Assembly (NCBI GenBank): GCA_041737255.1
Contig: JBGSSB010000073.1
Coordinates: 7,954 to 71,953, forward strand
DNA length: 64,000 nt
Origin: Chlamydiales bacterium
GTDB lineage: Bacteria; Chlamydiota; Chlamydiia; Chlamydiales; FEN-1388
Direction: 5' to 3'
Notes under the pieces: generated by a model
The model's input: the letters and a program-made list of their open reading frames with translations, nothing else
What the model was told of the DNA's origin: nothing
Database searches by the model: none
Program-made: the position numbers and the translations under genes
Shown: positions 37,547-45,779 of the stretch, in pieces
Position numbering within the stretch: the stretch's first letter is position 1
Layout of the letters: each line of letters opens with the position of its first letter

Positions 37547-39286
37547 ATGTTACACATTTCCCAAAAGTGGCGATTAGATGGACTTTTAAATAACCAGTCA
37601 GCCACAGACTTTTCTAAAGATTGGATGAAACAGCTAAAAAAGTTTCAAGAGTCACTTACCAGGCCACAAGAGCTCGCTACAACCATTTTGCTTTTTCAAA
37701 CTTTGAGTGCTAGCTTTCGGGAGTTTTCTTCGTATGCAGGTGCTCTTTTTTCAGAGAATGTCCAGAATAAAGAAGCCCTTGCTCTTACCGCCAAAGCAGG
37801 CGAACTTGAAACGTATTTACAAAAAGCATCATCTGAGCTTGAAAAAAAGCTTTTTGAAGTCGCTGACCTCGAAAAATTTATACAAGAAAATGGTTTAGAG
37901 AGCATTAGCTTTTGCCTTACCGATCGATGCCAAAATGCAAAAGAAAAGATGTCTGTAGATAAAGAGGCCCTCAGCTCAGATCTTGCTCTTCATGGGTATC
38001 ACAGCTGGTATGAACTGTACAAGCAGGCGATAAGCAAAATGCGCTGTGATGTCACTACAGAAGGGGCAAAGGGGAGCTACTCCATAAGCCAACTTGAAAA
38101 CCTTTTTTCGCATGAAAACCAAGAAGTTCGAAAAAATGCTTTTTTGGCTTTGGAAAAAGCCTGCAAACAAGACGAGGCACTATTTTCACATATGCTTCGC
38201 TCTATTATTGGGTTTCGCCTAGAGCTTTATAAACATAGAGGATGGAAAAGCCCCTTACATAGCGCGCTGAAGTCAAATTATATGCAACAATCCACGCTTG
38301 ATATGATGTGGAAAAAGGTATCGGATGCTCAGCCTCACCTTCTGCGCTTTTTAGATGAAAAGGCAAAAATTTTTGGTGTTGATATGCTCTCTTGGTATGA
38401 TTTTGACGCCCCATTTCCACATGCCAACAGCCAAATTTCGTATGAAGATGCCGCAAAGATTATTATAGAGCTGTTTAGCGAAAAGAATAAAGAGCTAGGA
38501 GAGTTTGCCAAGGCCTGCTTTGAAAACAACTGGATAGAGGCAGAAAACAGACCAAATAAAGCCCCGGGTGGATTTTGCGCGCCATTTCCACAGTCTAAAC
38601 AATCCCGCATTTACATGAGCTATACGCCAACGATGCATAATCTTTTAGTACTCGCTCATGAGCTTGGTCACGCCTACCACAACCACGTCTGCTTTGAACA
38701 GCAAGAACTTGCTCAACATTTCCCCTACAGCCTTGCAGAAACAGCTTCAACAACATGTGAGCTTATTGTTCTTGACGGCTTAATTGCAAAAGCAAAATCT
38801 CAAAGTGAAAAAAAGTGGCTCTTCTACGAAAAAGCCCACCGCCATACCATGTTTTTTCTCAATATCCATGCACGATTTTTCTTTGAGCAGGAGCTCTTTT
38901 CAGAAGTATCTAAGGGCACATATCTTGATGCAGAAAAACTTTGCCATATTATGGAAAAGGCGCAAAAAACAGCCTATGGGGATCGCCTCGAAACCTATCA
39001 CCCCCACTTTTGGATTCCAAAAATACATTTTTATATCACAGATATCCCAAGCTATAACTTTCCTTATACCTTTGGATACCTTGTGAGCCAGGCTATCAAT
39101 GCAAAGGCAAAGCAAGAACCTACTTGGTTTACAAAAAACTACCAAAGCTTTTTACAAGATACAGGATCAATGAGCGTTGAGGACTTAGTTAAAAAACACT
39201 TTGGGCTTAACACAAACGAAGAGCTCTTTTGGCAAAAGGCTTTGGACAACGCCCTTTTAGATGTTACGGAGTTTTTAGCATTATGA
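37547..39286 (+). CDS. pepF: Oligoendopeptidase F (M3B metallopeptidase)
   Basis: The zinc motif is LAHELGHAYH and a downstream Glu lies in SLAETAS. The 579-aa length fits. Confidence 0.8.
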   Translation: MLHISQKWRLDGLLNNQSATDFSKDWMKQLKKFQESLTRPQELATTILLFQTLSASFREFSSYAGALFSENVQNKEALALTAKAGELETYLQKASSELEKKLFEVADLEKFIQENGLESISFCLTDRCQNAKEKMSVDKEALSSDLALHGYHSWYELYKQAISKMRCDVTTEGAKGSYSISQLENLFSHENQEVRKNAFLALEKACKQDEALFSHMLRSIIGFRLELYKHRGWKSPLHSALKSNYMQQSTLDMMWKKVSDAQPHLLRFLDEKAKIFGVDMLSWYDFDAPFPHANSQISYEDAAKIIIELFSEKNKELGEFAKACFENNWIEAENRPNKAPGGFCAPFPQSKQSRIYMSYTPTMHNLLVLAHELGHAYHNHVCFEQQELAQHFPYSLAETASTTCELIVLDGLIAKAKSQSEKKWLFYEKAHRHTMFFLNIHARFFFEQELFSEVSKGTYLDAEKLCHIMEKAQKTAYGDRLETYHPHFWIPKIHFYITDIPSYNFPYTFGYLVSQAINAKAKQEPTWFTKNYQSFLQDTGSMSVEDLVKKHFGLNTNEELFWQKALDNALLDVTEFLAL

Positions 39287-39957
39287 CGTTTGTTTTAGAG
39301 CCATCATGGCAAAAAGTGCTAAGCGAGGAGCTAAAAAAACCCTACGTTGAGCAGCTTGCATCCTTTATAGAGCAAGAGCGCGCCAAAAACGTTCCCATAT
39401 ACCCTCCAAAGGAACTTGTTTTTAATGCACTTAGCCAAACCCCATTTGAAAAAGTACGAGTTGTACTTGTTGGTCAAGACCCATACCATCGCCCAGGACA
39501 AGCACACGGCCTTTGTTTTAGCGTGCCAGAAGGTATAAAGCCACCACCATCACTAAAAAACATTTTCAAGGAACTAAAACAAGACCTTGGAATTCCCACA
39601 CCTTCTCATGGCTCCCTCTTGAAATGGGCAAAACAGGGAGTTTTGCTGCTAAACGCAACGCTTACCGTGCGTGAAGGCTCACCTCTTTCACACCATAAGC
39701 GCGGCTGGGAAACATTTACTGATGCTATCATACAATCTTTGGCACAAAAAAATGAGCCTATAATATTCGTTTTGTGGGGCAATAATGCCAGTAAAAAATG
39801 TGCACGTATTCCTGAGCTTTTACAAAATACGCACCACACAATTTTGACAGCCGCACATCCATCACCACTTTCGGCCTACAATGGATTTTTAGGGTGTGGT
39901 CACTTTTCAAAAATAAACAAAGTCCTAAAAGAGCCTATTGATTGGCGGCTCGACTAA
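39283..39957 (+). CDS. ung: Uracil-DNA glycosylase (family 1)
   Basis: LVGQDPYHRPGQAHGLCFSV, LLLNATLTV and HPSPLSA are present. The start ATG overlaps the pepF TGA (ATGA), and the listed 39229 start is an out-of-context extension. Confidence 0.9.
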   Translation: MTFVLEPSWQKVLSEELKKPYVEQLASFIEQERAKNVPIYPPKELVFNALSQTPFEKVRVVLVGQDPYHRPGQAHGLCFSVPEGIKPPPSLKNIFKELKQDLGIPTPSHGSLLKWAKQGVLLLNATLTVREGSPLSHHKRGWETFTDAIIQSLAQKNEPIIFVLWGNNASKKCARIPELLQNTHHTILTAAHPSPLSAYNGFLGCGHFSKINKVLKEPIDWRLD

Positions 39958-40876
39958 GCCGCTCGGAAACCGTCTTCCATAAGCCATCCACAGGAAACTG
40001 CATATCTACCCATGCGGCTTGGATGTTTTCAACATCAAGCTGCCGAAGCACATGATAAAGCCGATGGGCAGCTACTGTTGCATCTTCGGTTTCGGTTAGC
40101 GAAAAAATACGCTCAGCTCCTGGATAGTGCCGATTTGCAAAACCAACCACAACAGAAAGTTTTTTAGGGCAATCGACAAATGGAACATCTGACAAAACAA
40201 GGTGCGCCTTTGGAGCGTAGTGAGCAAGAAGCTGGCCGGGGCAAACCGGGGTGTCACTGTTTGCCTTACAGAGCAATGGAAGGTAGCCAAGCGTCTCAGC
40301 TAGTTGCTCTTGAGATACAGCACCAAGACGAGCAACCTGCCACATATCCTGATGAGCTATAACAATTGTTGATTCAACACCATGCTGACACATTCCACCA
40401 TCAAGCACAGGAAAATCTACACCAAAGTCATGTTCTACATGTTCTAGTTTTGTAGCCGATGGTGAACCGCTCAGATTTGCAGAAGGTGCAACCAGTGGTG
40501 AAACATGCTGTAAAAGCTGAAGAGTTTGACTTTGTTTGGGCATACGAAATGCAGCACTTGGCAAATTTGCACGCACAGCGGGTAGAATCGCTTTTTGCTT
40601 AACGGGAACCACAACGGTAAGGGGGCCTGGCCAAAAAGCCGATATGAGGGATTCTAGCCCCTTAGGCTTGGATGCGACGTACTGAAGACACTCTTCAGGA
40701 TTACCAATATGAAGAATCAATGGATTATGAGCTGGCCGACCTTTCAAAGAAAAGATCTGTTGCACAGCCTGTTCGTTGTTGGCGATTGCTGCAAGACCGT
40801 AAACAGTTTCGGTAGGAATGGCAACAACACCGCCCTGTATAAGCAGCTCTTTTGCTTTTTCAAGATTGATTTTCAT
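39935..40876 (-). CDS. Threonylcarbamoyl-AMP synthase (Sua5/YwlC type: YrdC domain plus Sua5 domain)
   Basis: Blocks are IPTETVYGLAA, KGRPAHNPLILHI, GPLTVV, SANLSG and VESTIV. The C-terminal extension of about 110 aa is typical of Sua5. Confidence 0.8.
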   Translation of the reverse strand: MKINLEKAKELLIQGGVVAIPTETVYGLAAIANNEQAVQQIFSLKGRPAHNPLILHIGNPEECLQYVASKPKGLESLISAFWPGPLTVVVPVKQKAILPAVRANLPSAAFRMPKQSQTLQLLQHVSPLVAPSANLSGSPSATKLEHVEHDFGVDFPVLDGGMCQHGVESTIVIAHQDMWQVARLGAVSQEQLAETLGYLPLLCKANSDTPVCPGQLLAHYAPKAHLVLSDVPFVDCPKKLSVVVGFANRHYPGAERIFSLTETEDATVAAHRLYHVLRQLDVENIQAAWVDMQFPVDGLWKTVSERLSRAANQ

Positions 40877-40978
40877 GCGGACATAACCTATTGATTAAGG
40901 ATACTTTATAACATACACGAGAAAACATGTCACATAAAATAATTTTTAATGTATAATATAAACAGAGACTAAAATCAC

Positions 40979-41398
40979 ATGGGGCATCTTATGATAACGA
41001 AAGAAGAGGTTAAGACAGCTCATGCCCGGCTTTTAACACTTCGCATTGCGCGAATTGGTAATGCAGCTCATGGCTTATTTTTACAGCCTGTAGATTTAGG
41101 CTCAAAGCTTCACTTAAGTACTGTTGTGTACAGGGGTGATAAATATATTCCCATAAGTGTACGAGAGTCTGTAAACTTTCACCTTGAAACGGATTATAAC
41201 CAAATACATACCTGGCTAAGCTTAGATGAAGAGCTTTTTCAAATTACCTTACATCACATTGGAATGTTTTCAAATGTAGGCCTTGAAGAGCTTTATGAAA
41301 TTGTTTCAGAGTTTGAAGATGCCGCATTTAAATGGCGTGAAATTTTCGATGAGAAGGATCGTCAAGATCTTATCCACGTGCCCTTGCAATCTAAATAG
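40979..41398 (+). CDS. Small acidic hypothetical protein (139 aa)
   Basis: An ORF with no recognisable motif. Its size and acidic C-terminus (EELYEIVSEFEDAAFKWREIFDEKD) are compatible with, but do not prove, a class I secretion chaperone. Confidence 0.4.
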   Translation: MGHLMITKEEVKTAHARLLTLRIARIGNAAHGLFLQPVDLGSKLHLSTVVYRGDKYIPISVRESVNFHLETDYNQIHTWLSLDEELFQITLHHIGMFSNVGLEELYEIVSEFEDAAFKWREIFDEKDRQDLIHVPLQSK

Positions 41399-41473
41399 AC
41401 AACATCCACAACAGAATATAAGAAGATAGTATATAGCTAAATTCTTCTTCTTCTTCTTTAGGTAGTGTGGATC

Positions 41474-41628
41474 TGTTCATAACCCTTGTTTTAGGTGATG
41501 TTCATAATGTTGATAACCTGATCATAGAAATGTCGATTAAATGTTTAGGCTGATTATAACTCAAGGGTCTGTTCACAAATTGGGGAAAAGGGCGAAGTTG
41601 TGAACATTGGTTTTTGTAGTTATGAACA
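41474..41628. repeat. Array of the 9-mer TGTTCAYAA: three direct copies followed by two inverted copies
   Basis: TGTTCATAA is at 41474-41482 and 41499-41507, and TGTTCACAA at 41570-41578. The reverse complements are TTGTGAACA at 41598-41606 and TTATGAACA at 41620-41628. A degenerate CTGAACA lies at 41724-41730. Confidence 0.85.
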
Positions 41629-41761
41629 TAGCCATTTAGAGCTCTTTACAACATAAGAAAAATAACAAGATACATAAGACCTTCCATATTGGGCGGGATA
41701 CCCAAGAGACACAAGGGGTGGGGCTGAACATCACGATTCTTTATTTGGCTATTTCGGTCTT

Positions 41762-44170
41762 TTAATTTTTGACCATGTCAGCGATATCTTGCAGACTACT
41801 GCATGCAAAGGTTGTGGGAGAGTGTTCGTGGCCGAGCTTGTTTGATGATAAGACGGGGTGTTCTAGACCTGCGAGCATTCTGCTTATTGCCAAGGGCTTT
41901 ATTCTGCCGTTCTCATAGACCTCTTTTTCGAGGTAGGCCTGGCGACGTGCGGCGTCTAGTGCTTGTTCAAAGTTACGCGATGTATCTTCAATTGGCACAC
42001 CGTTTCTGCGTAAAAAATCGCGTATCTGCTCGTGCGTTGTAGTTGGTTTTGCTTGTAGCGCTTGAAGATTTTGTCTTAAGGCATCACCCCAATCGCTTGG
42101 CATTCTTAAAAGCATCCATTCACAAAATTTTTGTCTTAGTTCCCTATCTTGCTGTAAAATTGGCTCAATGCAGTCTTTGATGATGGAGGCGACCGTGTAG
42201 TGTTTGAAAAACTCTTTTTCCGCTAAGGCCAGATCGAACTGTCCACAAAGATCCTGGTAGTACCGGCAGGTATCAAATCCTGGAATTTTGAGGCGACCTC
42301 CAAGCTGTGCAAGTAGGTAGTTGTAGTCGTTTCTGTTATTGCCTTTCATTGGATCAAGGCACTGCTCAAGAAGAAGCTCGCGGTGTGTGGCTAGTAAAAT
42401 ATAGAGCTCGTCTTCAAAAGAGGCTGGTTTGCTTGTGCATATGGTCCGGAAGAGTTTTGTGATAACTCCAAAATATCTTCCGGCGCAGTGTTCGCCAAGT
42501 TCAAGATCGACTATTTCGCGCAAAAATAGGTTTTTTTTCTCTTGAAGCTCTCTGTCTTGTGGGGAGTCTTGAAACGTAATAATGATATTTTTCAGGCAGC
42601 GCTCTTCCAGAAGTTCGTAGAAGCTGTTTTTTTTTGCCTCATCAGAGTTCATTAGAGCAGGCATTTCTGCTTTTCCATGAATGCGTGCTATAAAAGAACG
42701 GACGTGGTTCGTTAGTTCCTTTGCTGAAACTTGTTTGCCATAAACTTTAAGAGCGCCAGTAACGTACTGTAAAATTTCATCAAGGGGTACATCGCGAGAT
42801 GGTGGATAGGTTTCTAGCTGCGGTAGCGTCTTTTGTAGATGAGCTTTAGAAAGGTTAAGGTAGGAAAACTCAACAAGGTCAAGACTGCAATTTGGGTATT
42901 TATTTTTAAGCTTTTTAAAATAGTCAAAAAAACGACTGATGGGCATTCGCTCTACAACCTTGCTTGCCAAGAGCGAGTCTTGAAAAAGCAAAGCAATTTC
43001 AAATGGGTTTGGTGCGCTGAGTCCTCGAATAAGTGTATCGGGTGATGCTGCGCAATCTGCCAAGAAGGCACCTATCGAGCCCCTCATGAGGGGCTCGCGT
43101 GATGGCTTATAGTGCGACAGGACTTTGCAGTAAAACTCCGTAGATCGCACTCTATCTTCGTCTAACAGGGCTGGAATAAGAAATGCTGATGTCCCGGGTT
43201 TTATAGTTTTTGTATCTTCGTCAATTTCTTGATTAACTCGCGATACATCGGCACCTTTTTGTAACAGTAATAGTGCTACATCAGCTTTATAGTTTCGACA
43301 CGCATCATGAAGGGGTGTGTTAAGGCCCCTGTCTATGGCGTTGACGTCGGCGCCGCGATTAACCATTTCTTCAACAAGTCGACTAAAACCAGCTCCAGAA
43401 GCCATGTGAATAGGGTATTTTCCATCTTTTTGAAGGTGTAGGTTTGCTCCCACCTCTACTAATACAATCGCTACTTTTTCTTGACCTTCTTTGATGGCGT
43501 GGAAAAGAAGTGTGGTTGCGTGCTCTTTTACTTTTTCACCAAAGGCAGCAAGCGGATCTGCACCCAGGTCAATAAATTGCCGGCAAAGCTTGTAGTGTTT
43601 TTGCGCAAAAGCAAGCGTTAACAAAGGGGTGTAGTGGCCAACTGCTTTTGCTATAGATTCCCCTTCTTTGATTAAATCAAGCGCAGCATGAAGTGTAGCG
43701 TTTTGGCACGCTACACTTACTGGGTGTTGTTCTAGCATCAAAGATTCGCGCTTTAAAAATCCACCTCCAAGCTCCTGCAAGCTCTTGTGGAGCTCTTTTA
43801 ATGAGTCATCAGTAGAATTTTTTTGCAAGGCGCGCTTTATGATTCTATCTATAAATAAACAGGTGCGGCTTGCAGCACGGCATGTGCTGATAATGCGCTC
43901 TTTGGGTGTTGTTGGAGATGGTGATGATATCATGTGGACAATGCTACGAGCAGCTTCAACGATATGTTTTGTGTTCTCTATAAGGTTGAAGGATGTGCCA
44001 AAGCGAAATAGCCTTCCTAATGCACTGCTTGAGGTTTCTAAGGCAAGGCCATGTCCGCTTGCATAAACAACTTCACAATCATCAATATCTTCGATGTGTG
44101 TAGCAATATGGGTGGCATCAAATTGTTCAAAAAAATTATCGTTTTGACTTACTTGTATATAGTGAGTCAT
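41762..44170 (-). CDS. Ankyrin-repeat protein (802 aa) with a large uncharacterised C-terminal region
   Basis: ANK units lie at about residues 165-320 (TPLLTLAFAQKHYKLCRQFIDLGADP; TTLLFHAIKEGQEKVAIVLVEVGANL; YPIHMASGAGFSRLVEEMVNRGADVN; NTPLHDACRNYKADVALLLLQKGADV). About 470 further residues have no motif I can name. Confidence 0.75.
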   Translation of the reverse strand: MTHYIQVSQNDNFFEQFDATHIATHIEDIDDCEVVYASGHGLALETSSSALGRLFRFGTSFNLIENTKHIVEAARSIVHMISSPSPTTPKERIISTCRAASRTCLFIDRIIKRALQKNSTDDSLKELHKSLQELGGGFLKRESLMLEQHPVSVACQNATLHAALDLIKEGESIAKAVGHYTPLLTLAFAQKHYKLCRQFIDLGADPLAAFGEKVKEHATTLLFHAIKEGQEKVAIVLVEVGANLHLQKDGKYPIHMASGAGFSRLVEEMVNRGADVNAIDRGLNTPLHDACRNYKADVALLLLQKGADVSRVNQEIDEDTKTIKPGTSAFLIPALLDEDRVRSTEFYCKVLSHYKPSREPLMRGSIGAFLADCAASPDTLIRGLSAPNPFEIALLFQDSLLASKVVERMPISRFFDYFKKLKNKYPNCSLDLVEFSYLNLSKAHLQKTLPQLETYPPSRDVPLDEILQYVTGALKVYGKQVSAKELTNHVRSFIARIHGKAEMPALMNSDEAKKNSFYELLEERCLKNIIITFQDSPQDRELQEKKNLFLREIVDLELGEHCAGRYFGVITKLFRTICTSKPASFEDELYILLATHRELLLEQCLDPMKGNNRNDYNYLLAQLGGRLKIPGFDTCRYYQDLCGQFDLALAEKEFFKHYTVASIIKDCIEPILQQDRELRQKFCEWMLLRMPSDWGDALRQNLQALQAKPTTTHEQIRDFLRRNGVPIEDTSRNFEQALDAARRQAYLEKEVYENGRIKPLAISRMLAGLEHPVLSSNKLGHEHSPTTFACSSLQDIADMVKN

Positions 44171-44177
44171 ACAAAGC

Positions 44178-44507
44178 CTATGCTGATTTTTTGCGCCAGC
44201 TCAGAGCAAACCCTGCAATTACTATGGTAAGAAGACACAATAATCCTGATGGCATAAACTTAACGGCGTACCATCTGTAGGCGAAAAAAAGCGTGAGTAG
44301 AGCTAAAAGAGTAAAGATACTTCTGTCGCCAATTGTTGGGTAGAAGCGAATGAGAAAAAGTGAGCTTAAAAGCAAGATGGCAAAAATTGAGCTCATAAAA
44401 AGTGATGCAAGGCTTCCGGCCATGATGTAGCCAATAACGCCTCCGATTAAAAGTAGAAGGCTGTAGCCCGTTATAAGGGTGTCGAAGCGGTCTAGTAGAT
44501 TTTTCAT
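44178..44507 (-). CDS. TMEM14/UPF0136-family small membrane protein
   Basis: Four TM segments with the block LLLLIGGVIGYIMAGSLASL. The ATG at 44507 is preceded by an AGAGG SD, and the listed 44570 start is an extension. Confidence 0.6.
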   Translation of the reverse strand: MKNLLDRFDTLITGYSLLLLIGGVIGYIMAGSLASLFMSSIFAILLLSSLFLIRFYPTIGDRSIFTLLALLTLFFAYRWYAVKFMPSGLLCLLTIVIAGFALSWRKKSA

Positions 44508-44677
44508 GGTACCTCTTGCTTGTAATTTTAGCTCCGGCTGTGGAAAATCGCCCCCACAATAAAAGGTCACTATTTATGACCATTTCGAACTGCTGGATCT
44601 TAGGATAAAATCAATTTCATTCTGGCTAAAAAGGCCATTGGTTGGCAACATGTTTTAAGATCAAGTGAGATTTATAT

Positions 44678-45679
44678 ATGAGCCAACCTGTTTTTACAAC
44701 TACTCAATTTCCATTTATCCGCCCACGTAGATTGAGGCGACATGGTTGGTTACGGGATATGGTGCAAGAAAACAGCGTTAGCCCTCAGGATCTTGTCTGG
44801 ACAGTAATTATTCGAGAAGATGATGTGGATCCGATTATTCCAGGGATGCCCGGAGCTCCTAGATTGTCAATTTCTGAACTTATAGAATCTGCTAAAGAAG
44901 CAAGAGACCTTGGTATATGTGCGCTTGCATTTTTTCCACACGTTTCACAAGGTTTAAAAAATGAGCAGGCCGACGAGGCGTTAAATCCAAGATCTCTTAC
45001 AGTCCGTGCAATTGAAGCTTTAAAGACTCACTGTCCTGGAATCGGCGTTATATCGGATGTGGCGTTGGATCCCTTTACATCTCATGGTTTTGATGGGCTA
45101 ATGAAGGCAGATCAGGTTGATAACGATGCAACACTCGAGCTTCTTGCAAAAAGTGTTTTGCTGCAAGCGGCCGCAGGGGCTGATGTCATCGCGCCATCAG
45201 AGATGATGGATGGTCGAATTAAAGTTTTACGCGCGGCTCTTGATGCTGCGGGGTATCATGATGTCGCCCTTCTTTCATACTCAGCAAAGTATGCATCGGC
45301 CTTTTACGGACCCTATCGAGGGGGTATTGGATCTCTAGGGAATTTAGCAAAAGGCGACAAAAAAACATTTTATCTTAACCCTGCAAATAAAGCCGAAGCC
45401 CTACGCGAGGTCTCACAAGATTTACTTGAGGGAGCTGATATGGTTATGGTAAAGCCGGGGCTGCCATACCTGGATGTGGTTTCAGCCATTAAAGAGACCT
45501 TTCAGGTGCCAACGTTTGCTTTTCACGTAAGTGGAGAGTATGGATCTTTAAAGTTAATGCACGAGGCGGGGTTTATGGACTTTGACAAAGCCTTTGCCGA
45601 GGTGCTTCTCTCATTTAAACGTGCAGGATGTGACGGTATTTTCACCTATGGTGCATTAGAATACGCCCGTAGTTTATAA
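44678..45679 (+). CDS. hemB: Porphobilinogen synthase (delta-aminolevulinate dehydratase)
   Basis: RPRRLRR is present, the active-site lysine regions are YSAKYASAFYGPYR and MVMVKPGLPYLDV, and the tail reads GCDGIFTY. Confidence 0.92.
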   Translation: MSQPVFTTTQFPFIRPRRLRRHGWLRDMVQENSVSPQDLVWTVIIREDDVDPIIPGMPGAPRLSISELIESAKEARDLGICALAFFPHVSQGLKNEQADEALNPRSLTVRAIEALKTHCPGIGVISDVALDPFTSHGFDGLMKADQVDNDATLELLAKSVLLQAAAGADVIAPSEMMDGRIKVLRAALDAAGYHDVALLSYSAKYASAFYGPYRGGIGSLGNLAKGDKKTFYLNPANKAEALREVSQDLLEGADMVMVKPGLPYLDVVSAIKETFQVPTFAFHVSGEYGSLKLMHEAGFMDFDKAFAEVLLSFKRAGCDGIFTYGALEYARSL

Positions 45680-45779
45680 GGTTTCGAAGTTAGTATTGTT
45701 TTCTTTTGTTTTTCAAATTATATATTATCTGTTATTTTTTTACCTCTTACATGGCAAAATTACCTAAAGAGGTGCTTTT

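Noticed and set aside
41499-41526. A dif (XerC/XerD) site, because TGTTCATAA-TGTTGA-TAACCTG resembles ...CATAA-N6-TTATG...
   Set aside because: The right arm (TAACCTGATCA) does not match the conserved XerD arm TTATGTTAAAT. None of the five 9-mers has an inverted partner at 6-bp spacing.
42470-42500. The HCAGR string (GEHCAGRYFG) in the ankyrin protein as a possible phosphatase P-loop
   Set aside because: The Arg is at +3 rather than +6 from the Cys, so it does not fit C-x5-R, and no WPD or other PTP context is present.
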